From the NCBI GenBank assembly GCA_963693365.1, contig CAVNZM010000009.1:9501616-9565615 (forward strand): a stretch of 64,000 nucleotides of DNA. The letters are read 5' to 3'. The notes below the pieces were generated by a model, which saw only the letters and a list, made by a program, of their open reading frames with translations, was not told the DNA's origin and did not search any database. Below, in pieces: positions 12,034 to 24,523 of this stretch; the first letter of the stretch is position 1; each line of letters opens with the position of its first letter. A program made the position numbers and the translations under genes. Source of the DNA: Amoebidium appalachense. Taxonomy: Eukaryota > Protista > Ichthyosporea.

Positions 12034-15000
12034 TGTTAAATTGTATAAGTATTTAGGATGTAAGCAGAGACACAGTGGTGCAGTGTGAAAACACCACAGA
12101 CACACACAACAACAAAACACGGAACGATCGGAGCAGTGTACACAACAGACATCAATGTTTAGACACGACTGAACTGAATTTATTCTGATCTTCGAATAAA
12201 TACCTGAAATTCCTCTAAGTCCAATCCATACATGATTTCCGACCAGTCGGAAATCAGATCTATCTCTAATAGAAACCAATCACTAAGAACCAATTGCTTT
12301 CAGAGAGATCCGGTACGCGGAGGCGTACACGATAGGACACAGACACTAGTTAAGATCAACTCGTGTCATCATCAAGGAAGTTCTAACCTATGACATACTG
12401 CAAAGACTCAGACATATCACACTTAACCTTGATGATTGGTTAAAGCCCGGCAACACATGAAAACTAAAGTGAATTAATGAAGTCTAAACACACATGCTAT
12501 TCTAAGTGTAGCCTAAGTGTGTTACCGTCCAATGAACACGTATTAAGTAACACAAATCTACCTAACATATATTAGTAGAAAAGAAATACGATTATACACA
12601 TGAAGACAAGGAGAGAAAGAAAAGAAAATAAGGAAGGAGAAAGAGGAAGGAAAAGAGAGCACAGATCAACAAACAAGATAGTAATAGCATAACTATAACC
12701 AGAGATATTTATGTACACACGAACATGTACACGTCTCTCCCTGAGTGGGTGGATCCGTGTACACACATATAAATATTCTAATCGATATTACAATACACGA
12801 TTAAAGCCGATACAACACGATTACAAGTATACAAGCATATCGGAGATCGATGCTACACTTTACATAATAGGAGTGTGGCATTTACACTAAGCATATGAAC
12901 TGAAACATAACACAAACTGAGAAGATCTTACCATATGTAAATACTACGTATTACAACATCCCCACTTAAGACTTTGAAGTTTGTGTTATCATATCCCCAC
13001 TGAACTAGTGAAATCTCCCCACTTGAGAACAGAAACGAAAAAAAAAATAAAAGTGTGTACTTTTCCGGGGGGGGGGGGGGGGGGGGGGGGGGGAAGGGGG
13101 GGGGGGAGAAGGGGATGGGGGGTATCGAGGACGCAAACGGTAGACAGGACAACGGGGGTCACGGCATTTGGATGCAGTGTGTCGAGGGTAGCCACACGTG
13201 GTAGGGCGACCGGTGGAGGGATTGATGACCAAGGAGGAGTAGACTTGTCGTAGTTTGGAATTCGCTGAGGGGGGCGTCGAGGGTGCTTGCTGCTCGGGGT
13301 GACTGGGAAAGGCCGAACAGGGAGGGGGGTAGGTCTTCACGGAATTTGGGTTGGGATGAGGCACGACGGAGGCAGGGTCAAGTGCAGGTAATTCCGGACG
13401 GAGGAGGTTAACTGGGGCGGATGCAGGGGCTTTGGAAACGGGGGAAGGCAGCACAGCAAGCTGGCTGGAAACGTGGATGGGAACGACTGGACCTGGCAGC
13501 ATGTCTTGCTGGCCGGGGTCGGGTGGTAATGGGGGGGAAACAGCTGCAGGGGTAACTGTTGCCCGTGCAGAGCTGGTGGTAGCTGGGATCTCGACGAGGT
13601 TGGCCACGTGATGGGGGGAAACTGCTGCCGGAATGCAGGGCAGATCAATGGAATGTGAGGGGGCCATTGACAGTGACGGCACGGTAAGGGGAGACATGGC
13701 CGAAAACAGGGTTGGAAATCCTGGAAGGAAGCAGGTTGGACACGGTAAACGGTTCTGGAGGGACTCAGGGTCGGGACTCCTAGGGAGGAGGGAAGCACAA
13801 AGGGCTTGGACGGGGTGGAACACGGTAGACTGGAAAGAAGTACCGAATTTGGATACTTCAGATGGACTTGATGGATGATGGTCAAGTCGGATCGAGACGG
13901 GGTGTCAAATTATCGTCGATTGGAACGCAGACGGGGTGTGAAATTATATTCGAATGCGGGTCGACGGGGTTCGAAATCGGATGGAATGGGATTTCGATGC
14001 AGGATCCTCAGGCCTGGGTAGACAGGGCGGCGCGGTTGAGACCACGTCGGTGAAGTGTCAAGGAACTTGGAGCGCGATTGCAGAACCAAGGGTGGAGGAC
14101 GGTTTGGCGTGACGGAGAGAAACCAGGACGGAGCTGGAAGGAGTGCAAGCTGGAATTTGAACTTGCGAGGATGTCACGGGTGTCAAGGCGTGGCAAAAGC
14201 TCTTGTCAAGATGAGTCAGATCTTGTCAAGAGGAGTCACGTGGGACCGGTTACGGACGGACGCCGGGGATGGATGTACACAGCCTCAGCACCAAGATGCA
14301 TGAGGAGCTGACCACAGCTATGATGTGTACCAGAAATTTAACGATCGCTAGGTCTAGGTGTGTGTAGGGAGCGTGCAAAAGGGCTGCATAACCTGTTAAA
14401 TTGTATAAGTATTTAGGATGTAAGCAGAGACACAGTGGTGCAGTGTGAAAACACCACAGACACACACAACAACAAAACACGGAACGATCGGAGCAGTGTA
14501 CACAACAGACATCAATGTTTAGACACGACTGAACTGAATTTATTCTGATCTTCGAATAAATACCTGAAATTCCTCTAAGTCCAATCCATACATGATTTCC
14601 GACCAGTCGGAAATCAGATCCATCTCTAATAGAAACCAATCACTAAGAACCAATTGCTTTCAGAGAGATCCGGTACGCGGAGGCGTACACGATAGGACAC
14701 AGACACTAGTTAAGATCAACTCGTGTCATCATCAAGGAAGTTCTAACCTATGACATACTGCAAAGACTCAGACATATCACACTTAACCTTGATGATTGGT
14801 TAAAGCCCGGCAACACATGAAAACTAAAGTGAATTAATGAAGTCTAAACACACATGCTATTCTAAGTGTAGCCTAAGTGTGTTACCGTCCAATGAACACG
14901 TATTAAGTAACACAAATCTACCTAACATATATTAGTAGAAAAGAAATACGATTATACACATGAAGACAAGGAGAGAAAGAAAAGAAAATAAGGAAGGAGA

Positions 15001-15318
15001 AAGAGGAAGGAAAAGAGAGCACAGATCAACAAACAAGATAGTAATAGCATAACTATAACCAGAGATATTTATGTACACACGAACATGTACACGTCTCTCC
15101 CTGAGTGGGTGGATCCGTGTACACACATATAAATATTCTAATCGATATTACAATACACGATTAAAGCCGATACAACACGATTACAAGTATACAAGCATAT
15201 CGGAGATCGATGCTACACTTTACATAATAGGAGTGTGGCATTTACACTAAGCATATGAACTGAAACATAACACAAACTGAGAAGATCTTACCATATGTAA
15301 ATACTACGTATTACAACA
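12034..15318 (-). mobile_element. Non-autonomous Copia A derivative (large TRIM-like)
   Basis: 925-bp LTRs at 12034-12958 and 14394-15318 (1 mismatch seen), TSD GAGAA, PBS GGTTATGCAGCCC at 14381-14393 (rc), PPT AAGTGGGGA. The 1435-bp interior has no gag/pol motifs. Confidence 0.94.
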
Positions 15319-16491
15319 GAGAAGGGGGACGACAAGCCCTCCACGAAGCAGTCCACGGCAAAAGACGACACCGGCGAGGTTTCTGATGACACTGGCATGG
15401 CGGCTGACGAGATGGAGAATTCTGGCTCCAAAAAGCGGCCCAAGTCAGACGACGACTTGTCGGATGCCAGTGCCGGGCGCCCCATGAAGAAGGGTAAAAA
15501 GGCCCAGGGCGTGGCGTCTAGCGTGGTGGGTGGTGATGTGCATGGGTCACCTGTGCCTCGTGATAGAGCGGGTGGTTCTGATGAGCAGGAGGGTGTTGCG
15601 CAAGCGGGGGGAGATGACAAGTATTGGGAGGAGTTGGCCAAGATTAGTGGAGGTAAAGAGGTGGCGGATGGCGATGTTAGTAGTGGCGGGGGGAAACGTG
15701 CGAGGGAAGTGAGTGATGAGAGTGGGGATGAGAAGGGTGGGGTTAAAAAGCAGAAAGGCGATGTGGGTGGGAGGGTTGAGGATGATTAGAATGAGGAGGA
15801 ATAGGGAAAGACCCCCCCCCCCCCCCTTGTTGTAATACGTAGTATTTACATATGGTAAGATCTTCTCAGTTTGTGTTATGTTTCAGTTCATATGCTTAGT
15901 GTATATGCCACACTCCTATTATGTAAAGTGTAGCATCGATCTCCGATATGCTTGTATACTTGTAATCGTGTTGTATCGGCTTTAATCGTGTGTTGTAATA
16001 TCGATTAGAATATTTATATGTGTGTACACGGATCCACCCACTCAGGGAGAGACGTGTACATGTTCGTGTGTACATAAATATCTCTGGTTATAGTTATGCT
16101 ATTACTATCTTGTTTGTTGATCTGTGCTCTCTTTTCCTTCCTCTTTCTCCTTCCTTATTTTCTTTTCTTTATCTCCTTGTCTTCATGTGTATAATCGTAT
16201 TTCTTTTCTACTAATATATGTTAGGTAGATTTGTGTTACTTAATACGTGTTCATTGGACGGTAACACAATTAGGCCGGGCTTTAACCAATCATCAAGGTT
16301 AAGTGTGATATGTCTGAGTCTTTGCAGTATGTCATAGGTTAGAACTTCCTTGATGATGACACGAGTTGATCTTAACTAGTGTCTGTGTCCTATCGTGTAC
16401 GTCTCCGCGTACCGGATCTCTCTGAAAGCAATTGGTTCTTAGTGATTGGTTTCTATTAGAGATAGATCTGATTTCCGACTGTTTTTCAATC

Positions 16492-17442
16492 ATGGATCCA
16501 AACAAAACTGGTGTAAACAACCTGAAAATAACCATGTGGAAAGGTGAAGGGAAGACTGGTCCCGATAGCAAAACCACCTATTATCAATGGGAAATCATTT
16601 TTCTCGGCATGATGACCGGCACTAAAGGTGTCCGACTCGTGGATGTTGTACTTGCTGACAACTACGTCCCCCCTACCACCGTCGCGGTTGACGGTGAACC
16701 GCCCTTCTACGGCTACGGCACTACCGCGGAACTCAAGGAGGCCCGCAACTGCCTCCTGCTCCATATGATTCAGAACATCGACCCTTCCGTACTCACCACC
16801 GTTGCCCAGTACCGTATTGGCATGGACCCTGAACGGGCCATGTGGAAATTCCGTCAACACTACCTCCAAGGCAAACCCGATCAGATCCGCATCCTTCACC
16901 GTCAGTGGGATGCCTGTGCCCTTCAGCCCGGTGAATCATTCACCACCTACCTGAGTCGTCTGCAGACCATCGTGAACCAGCTCCAGTCCCTCCAAGATGA
17001 GTCCATTCACTTCACTCGTCTAGCTGAGAAGTTCTTCAACGAACTCACCACCAGAGACGACCTCACCCCTGAGTTCAACCGTCTTATCGAAGACTATCAC
17101 TTCGGTGATAAGCTATTCCCCGACTTCGAGTCCCTCCATAACCACGTCAAGGGCATCGAGCTACATCAAGACCTCAAGATGCAACTCCGGAGCAACCGTG
17201 CCAACCGTGCCTCCAAGTCCAGCATGGCATTAAATGCCAGTGCTCCCCCCCGTGATCTTCCTCGCCGTGACTTACGCAACCGACTTGACCGTACTCCTGG
17301 CCCGGACCTCCGAACTCGTCTCTCCCGTCAGCACACCCGATCCCGTTCCCCCCACCGGCCTGCCTTCCGGTCCACGTCTCGTTCCCCCAGTCGTTCCCGT
17401 TTCTCGGGTTCCCGTCGTTCTGATTCCCCCGGCTCATTCTAA
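16492..17442 (+). CDS. Copia gag, frameshifted at the C-run near 17425-17430
   Basis: UBN2-like LQPGESFTTYLSRLQTIVNQL. The CSYCHEPDHKIIDC knuckle follows in the next frame. Confidence 0.85.
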   Translation: MDPNKTGVNNLKITMWKGEGKTGPDSKTTYYQWEIIFLGMMTGTKGVRLVDVVLADNYVPPTTVAVDGEPPFYGYGTTAELKEARNCLLLHMIQNIDPSVLTTVAQYRIGMDPERAMWKFRQHYLQGKPDQIRILHRQWDACALQPGESFTTYLSRLQTIVNQLQSLQDESIHFTRLAEKFFNELTTRDDLTPEFNRLIEDYHFGDKLFPDFESLHNHVKGIELHQDLKMQLRSNRANRASKSSMALNASAPPRDLPRRDLRNRLDRTPGPDLRTRLSRQHTRSRSPHRPAFRSTSRSPSRSRFSGSRRSDSPGSF

Positions 17443-19237
17443 CAACCCGTCCGTGAATGCATGCTCCTACTGCCACGAGCCTGATCACAAGATCATCGAT
17501 TGCCCCGAGCCGAAATGCCGTATGTCCAGACACAACCGTTCCCGTCAACTTGAAGGCAGTGAGAAATCTGTCTCCTTTGCTTTCTCGGCATACAATGCTA
17601 GCTCCGTCCCCGTGTCCTCCGACCCTGCCTGGGGTTCCGGGTGCAACATGACTGTCTGCCCCACCAGTGAGTTCTTCCATGACCTCACTCCCCTTCCGAC
17701 ACCGACTCCCGTTGCTGCCTTCAATGGCACCCCCGTCTTGGGCACCCACACCGGCCATATCGTCATCAACACCACCACCGACCATGGCACTGCCACCCTT
17801 ACCATTGAAGCCTACTACACCCCGTCTGGCCAAGCCTTCCTCATTTCAACATCCCAAGCTGCTGCCGAATACATCAAGGGTGATTTGAATGATGTCTCCA
17901 CTCCGTCATTCCTCTTCGACCGACTCACCGGCCGTCATCTCGTCAACCTCCGTCTACACAACGGTCTGTATTACTTCAAGGACTACACCATTCAACCACC
18001 CACTCGTCCTGTGGCTCTGGCTGCCACTACCAGTGTTAACCCATCCATCTGGCACCATCGTCTGGGGCACCGTGCTATGACCAGCATCAAGGACATGGTG
18101 AAACACGACCTTGTTATTGGTCTCCCCTCGTCTGTCCTCGACTGTGATGTTCCTGATTGTCATGGCTGCATTATGGGTAAAACCACCAAGGCTCCATTCA
18201 AGGGTGACCGTCCTCACTCCAACATCCCCGGTCATGAATGGCATTGGGATTTTTTTGAGCCTACCACAACATCGTACGGAGGTTCCAAGGTTGCTCTCGT
18301 CACTGTCTGCCGTGCCTCTGGACTCGTCAAGATCTACCCGATGGCCGACCGTACAACCACCCTGGACATTCTCACAGCTCACACCAACCTCGTTGCTACC
18401 CATGCCCCCTCCAAAGTTGGTGTCTACCACTTCGACTCCGGCTCTGAGTTCACCTCCAAGGCTACCCGTGCTTTTTGCCTCTCCCAGGGCATCAAGGCCA
18501 GCTATGCTCCGGTGGACTGCCCTCAACTGAACGGCTATGTTGAACGTCGTATGCGGTTCCTCCTAGAGATTGTTCGTTGCCTCCTCCATCAAGTCCAAGA
18601 TCAGTCTCTGTCCCCCAAACTGTGGGCTGAGGCCCTCCAACATGCCGCCTACATCATCAACGTCACCCCGTCCACGACTGCCAATGGTCGTACACCATTC
18701 GAGGTTTTCTACGGTGTCAAGCCCGACATCTCCGAGCTCAAAGTGTTCGGTTGCCCTGCCTACACTCATGTGCCAGCCTCTAAACGGACCAAGCTGGCCC
18801 CCACCGTCAAACTCGGCATGTATATCGGCTATGATCTTCAATCACACTGCCACCGGATCTTCAACCCCATCACCCATCGTGTCGGCCTCTTCCGTGATGT
18901 GATTTTCGACGAATCAGCTTATCTCCCGTCCGACATTCCATCAACACTTCCGACCCCCGACACCACTGCCACCTCGACCACCCCACCCCCCACAGTTGAC
19001 ACTGTAGATGATGTTTGTCTGGTGTACTCTGGCCCCCCCCTGCCATCGTCGTTCCCCAGACACCCCCCCCCCACCGGCCCCCCTGCCCCCGTGCCCGTCC
19101 AGCCTGCCGACCTTCATCCTGCCCCTGGCAACGTCACCCCCATCCGACCCGGCTCCCCCGACAACTTCCACTCGGCTCCGTCCAGCCCGGAGGTTACCCC
19201 CCCTGTAATTCCGAACTTCCAAGTTCCCCCCCCCCCC
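17426..19237 (+). CDS. Copia pol segment: zinc knuckle, degenerate protease, integrase
   Basis: WHHRLGH..CHGC; DDE motifs WHWDFF, HFDSGSEF, NGYVERR; SH3-like KVFGCPAY. The protease site reads AWGSG rather than WxxDSG. Confidence 0.93.
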
Positions 19238-20918
19238 GTCTCCACCTCCCCCGGTTCCTGCACCCCGTCGTTCTGCCCGTCTACAGGGCAAGGTTGGACT
19301 TCAAGCCACTACCACCCTGCCAGTCCCCCCCGGTCCCCCCATCAACATCGACCAACTACCCAAAATTGTCCGTCAACTGTGTTCCGGACCCAATGGTGAC
19401 CAGGTCATGATCAAGTCAGCCCTCACTGCTGAGTATCAAGCCTTCGTCGACAAAGACATCTTTGATTTTGTTGACCCTCCCCCTGGTGCTAACATCGTCG
19501 GCTTCAAGTGGATTGTCTCCGAGAAAACTCTCAACTCGGCTGGTGACACCAAGATCAAGGCCCGTGGTGTTGCTCAAGGCTTCAGTCAGCAATACGGTGT
19601 TGACTATGAGTTGATTGAGAGCCCTGTCATCCGTCCGGCTGCTCTCCGTGCTATCCTAGCTCTGGCCGTTGTTGAAGGTCATGACATCCATCAACTCGAC
19701 GTGTCTACGGCCTTTCTCAACAGCCCACTCACCGAGACCATCTACATGAAACAACCCCCGGGATTCATCACCATGGCCACACTTGGCAAGGTCTGGAGAC
19801 TCAAGAAAGCCCTGTACGGCCTCAAGCAAGCCTCCAAGGCTTGGTACGACTTCCTCGACGGCATTCTTCTTGCTCATGGCCTGACCCATACTAAGTCAGG
19901 CCCGTGCATCTACCTCCGGTTCTTCCCCAACAACGATGTCGTTCGGGCTGGTAACTACGTCGACGACTCCACCATCACCAACACCCGGGGTTCTACTGCT
20001 GCCAGTGACCTGGCTGCCCACATCAGCAAGATGGCCAGCTGTCGTATGAGTCCATTTGACCGTATGCTCGGTGTTGATTTTAATCACTCTGATCCCCATC
20101 ACCTCCACATGCACCAGAGGTCTTACATCATGGATATCATCCACGACTTCAACCTCACCGATGCCAAGTCCAAGTCTACCCCCATCCCTGCAGGCACCAC
20201 CGTCTCCCTGGCTGACTGCCCCCCCCAACCGTTCACCGTGCCCTACCGTGAGTTACTCGGCCGTCTCCTCTGGGTGGCCCGATGCACACGTCCCGACATT
20301 GCCTATGCCATCGGCTTCCTTGGTCGGTTCAGCACCAACCCCGGCAAGACTCACTGGGACCTTCTCCGTCGTGTGGCCCGGTACCTGCTCGGCACCATTG
20401 ACCTTGGCATTGACTACAAGTACTCGGCCAACCAGCCCCCCATACTCGAATGCTACACGGATGCTGACTTTGCTGGTTGTGCCGACAGCAAGAAGTCTAC
20501 CACCGGCTACATCATCGAGTTTGCTGGTATGCCCATCATCTGGTACTCCAAGCTCCAGCCCATCATGGCCACCAGCACCACTGAAGCTGAGCTGATTGCT
20601 CTCAATGCTGGCACCCAAGAAGTTGCTTGGGTCCGTGACCTCTTCAAGGAACTCGGCTGCCCCATGCTTGCTCCGACTCCGGTGTACTGTGACAACCAGT
20701 CGACCATTGCCATCGTCAACTCCACCGGCATCAAGCACCGTACCAAACACATTGCCGTCCGGTATCACAACACCATGGACTACATTGCAAGTGGGGATGT
20801 GGTTGTCCACTACGTTGAGTCAGCCCACAACTTAGCTGACATCCTCACCAAACCCCTCCCCGGCCCGAGTCATGTCACCCATCGTGCCCGACTTTGTTTG
20901 CCAGATATTGTGGATTGA
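19238..20918 (+). CDS. Copia reverse transcriptase and RNase H (frame resumes after the C-run at 19225-19237)
   Basis: PRRSARL, QLDVSTAFLN, LKKALYGLKQA, YVDD, YTDADFAG, STTEAE, CDNQS, KHI, NLADILTK. Confidence 0.96.
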
Positions 20919-21337
20919 CCCGTCCTACTTCAAGAGTGATTTTCTAATGTTTACTCCTTACTTTATCATAATCATTATTTCATATGTATATTGCCTTTGT
21001 GGGTATGCCCACTTAGGGTTTTTATATAAGGTTTGACCTGTACCATGACTCTACTCTATCTTTCACTGGTTTAAAACCCAGTTAATCAAACCCCGACTAT
21101 ACACGTTATACATATTCGTTGTTTTTGCCCCGGTTCCTTCCCCCCCCCCCCCCTCCCCCCTCCCCCCCCTCCCCCTCCCCCCTTCTCCCCCCCCCTCCCC
21201 CCCCCCCCCCCCCCCCCCCCGGGAAACGTACACACTTTAAAATTTTTTTTTTCTTTTTCGTTTCTGTTCTCAAGTGGGGAGATTTCACTAGTTCAGTGGG
21301 GATATGATAACACAAACTTCAAAGTCTTAAGTGGGGA

Positions 21338-22262
21338 TGTTGTAATACGTAGTATTTACATATGGTAAGATCTTCTCAGTTTGTGTTATGTTTCAGTTCA
21401 TATGCTTAGTGTATATGCCACACTCCTATTATGTAAAGTGTAGCATCGATCTCCGATATGCTTGTATACTTGTAATCGTGTTGTATCGGCTTTAATCGTG
21501 TGTTGTAATATCGATTAGAATATTTATATGTGTGTACACGGATCCACCCACTCAGGGAGAGACGTGTACATGTTCGTGTGTACATAAATATCTCTGGTTA
21601 TAGTTGTGCTATTACTATCTTGTTTGTTGATCTGTGCTCTCTTTTCCTTCCTCTTTCTCCTTCCTTATTTTCTTTTCTTTCTCTCCTTGTCTTCATGTGT
21701 ATAATCGTATTTCTTTTCTACTAATATATGTTAGGTAGATTTGTGTTACTTAATACGTGTTCATTGGACGGTAACACACTTAGGCTACACTTAGAATAGC
21801 ATGTGTGTTTAGACTTCATTAATTCACTTTAGTTTTCATGTGTTGCCGGGCCTTAACCAATCATCAAGGTTAAGTGTGATATGTCTGAGTCTTTGCAGTA
21901 TGTCATAGGTTAGAACTTCCTTGATGATGACACGAGTTGATCTTAACTAGTGTCTGTGTCCTATCGTGTACGTCTCCGCGTACCGGATCTCTCTGAAAGC
22001 AATTGGTCCTTAGTGATTGGTTTCTATTAGAGATAGATCTGATTTCCGACTGGTCGGAAATCATGTATGGATTGGACTTAGAGGAATTTCAGGTATTTAT
22101 TTGAAGATCAGAATAAATTCAGTTCAGTCGTGTCTAAACATTGATGTCTGTTGTGTACACTGCTCCGATCGTTCCGTGTTTTGTTGTTGTGTGTGTCTGT
22201 GGTGTTTTCACACTGCACCACTGTGTCTCTGCTTACATCCCAAATACTTATATAATTTAACA
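21338..22262 (+). repeat. 3' LTR of Copia A
   Basis: TGTTG...TAACA, 925 bp, preceded by the PPT. Confidence 0.95.
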
Positions 22263-22599
22263 AGACCAGCCATATTTATATCATATGTATATGGTTGGTA
22301 ATTCGTAAAATACATCCATGTATATCATATGTCATGGGTTACGATGGTATTAAGCCGCTCCTAAACATATACTTAAGATATCCAACGGGATGGGTTTGGA
22401 TACTCGGATGGTGAAGATTACGATGGGTTTCCGCTGCGCGTAATGGCATACATAGTATATCCATTAGGTAGGTTTCTGACTTTGAAATGGGGGGGTTTGT
22501 GTCCGTATTATGGCGGTATTCAGACCCCTCGTAATGCTCTCGTATGTATGTTCTATGTATAGTCGTATGTATATACATAGGTTATACATTGTATATCCA

Positions 22600-22825
22600 T
22601 ATGAATATACATAGGTTATACATTGGATATACATAGAATATCCTATGTATAGTGCAATGTATATACATTGGATATCCTATGTATAGTGCAATGTATATAC
22701 ATTGGATATCCTATGTATAGTGCAATGTATATACATCGGATATACATAGGATATACATATGACATACGCTCTACGACATCCATAAACCCTATGGATGTCG
22801 TAAAGAGGGTTTATGGATGTCGTAA
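22600..22825. repeat. 34-bp tandem repeat (x3) plus a 19-bp inverted repeat
   Basis: ATATCCTATGTATAGTGCAATGTATATACAT(T/C)GG x3; TACGACATCCATAAACCCT (22772) pairs with AGGGTTTATGGATGTCGTA (ends 22824). Confidence 0.7.
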
Positions 22826-22863
22826 AGCGTATATCCAATGTATATACATAAGACGCTCCGTTA

Positions 22864-24523
22864 AGGTTTTATTTGTGGAAATTATTGACATAAATATTTT
22901 TCTGGGTAAACACGTAGGATGGGTGTCCGATATCAACAGGCTTCGTTTCATGTTTTAGCAGTTCGCGTTCGGCTGCCCGCATACGGGCACCTATTAGCCG
23001 ATCAAAACATCAGATTCCACAGATCACTAGACCGAGTTTGATTGGCTCAGGATAAGATTTCACATAACACTAGATCGGTTTTGATTGGCTCAGTTCGGCA
23101 GCCTTAGGTATATAAGCACGACAGTCTTTAGCAGATCAGCAAGCAACAACACATCCTCTGTGTTTAGCACCTACAGCTTTACAGCTATATTTTCTTTTTC
23201 GACCAGGGAGCCCCTCCTGCCCTCCCACCTTAGCCTACTCCATGGCCAGTGCCCCACCAAGGCCTCCTCGGCCAATCTCCGGCTATGGACGGCCCTCATC
23301 GTCGGTTTCTGTGGTCTCCTCCGTTCGGGGGAATTTACCTCCAAAACCCTGACTTCCTTTGACCCGTCCCGTCACGTTAAACGGAAAGACGTGACCTTCA
23401 CCTACACCCCCACCGGTACTTTGTCCCATGCCACCCTCCACCTGCCAACCTCTAAGACGGATGTACAGGCCCGAGGTGTCAACGTCACTCTAGCTGCCCT
23501 GCCCCTCACCCACTTCTCCCCAGCCCATCTCCTCCGGCAGTTCCTGGATACAACGTCCGGTCAACCCCACGACCCCCTCTTCAGTCTCGGTGGCATCCCC
23601 TACACCAAGAGTGCTTTCTCTGCCGACTTCCGTGCCCTCCTCTCCCGGGCAGGCCTCTCACCCTCCCGGTTTGCCGGACACAGCCTCCGCATCGGGGGGG
23701 CCACAGCACTGGCTGAGGCCGGGGTCGACGACTCCCGGATCAAACAACTCGGCAGGTGGTCCTCCGACTGTTTCCTGCTCTATACCCGACTTCGTCCGGC
23801 CTCCATTGCTGCCACTACCACACGTGTATTCGCCTCTATTCTTAAGTGAAACCTTTGGAGCAAGCATACTGCTCTCGTGCCGTGGTTTACAACCATTGCA
23901 GGTTCACTTTCGTCCAAGGGGATGTCCCCCTAGAGGCAACACACGTCCCGGAGTAGTTTTCATAGAGGTTTTATTTGTGGAAATTATTGACATAAATATT
24001 TTTCTGGGTAAACACGTAGGATGGGTGTCCGATATCAACAGGCTTTGTTTCATGTTTTAGCAGTTCGCGTTCGGCTGCCCGCATACGGGCACCTATTAGC
24101 CGATCAAAACATCAGATTCCACAGATCACTAGACCGAGTTTGATTGGCTCAGGATAAGATTTCACATAACACTAGATCGGTTTTGATTGGCTCAGTTCGG
24201 CAGCCTTAGGTATATAAGCACGACAGTCTTTAGCAGATCAGCAAGCAACAACACATCCTCTGTGTTTAGCACCTACAGCTTTACAGCTATATTTTCTTTT
24301 TCACCCACCCACCTACACCCTACACTCAACCCCCATTGATCCCCACATACGTGCTGTTTTTTCACGGGGCGAAGACTTCCCCCGTTTTTTGGGCACAAGG
24401 ACCTCACGGATCAATAAATTGATGACTGGGGGCTTGCCGTGGTTTACAACCATTGCAGGTTCACTTTCGTCCAAGGGGATGTCCCCCTAGAGGCAACACA
24501 CGTCCCGGAGTAGTTTTCATAGA
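22864..24523 (+). mobile_element. YR element copy 3, a 1.66-kb deletion derivative (A1-truncated YR-B1-A2-B2)
   Basis: A1 22864-23200 is fused directly to YR at TREPLLP. B1 ~23878-23966, A2 ~23966-24302, B2 ~24435-24523. Confidence 0.93.
23202..23849 (+). pseudogene. YR catalytic domain, 5'-truncated
   Basis: Nearly identical to 5508-6154 (rc); R-K-H-R-W-Y motifs intact; N-terminus missing. Confidence 0.88.

Larger units (their letters stand above)
2659..15789 (+). pseudogene. Decayed multi-exon gene of unknown product, split by nested insertions
   Basis: Removing 2770-10317 joins ...FVTALVN|AGYNMALQ in frame. Removing 12034-15318 joins ...ADEQDE|KGDDKPSTK...KKRPK in frame. Exon-like blocks lie at ~10595-10851 and 11336-11508. 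Start is ATG-TAG and there is an internal frameshift. Confidence 0.55.
15828..22262 (+). mobile_element. Ty1/Copia retrotransposon (family A), near full length, with a damaged 5' LTR
   Basis: 5' LTR 15828-16481 has an internal deletion near 16270 and has lost U5 and the PBS. 3' LTR 21338-22262, PPT AAGTGGGGA, domain order gag-PR-IN-RT-RH. Confidence 0.96.

Noticed and set aside
13005-13823. 272-aa Pro-rich ORF as captured cargo
   Set aside because: No recognisable domain; the C-rich strand gives long stop-free frames by composition.
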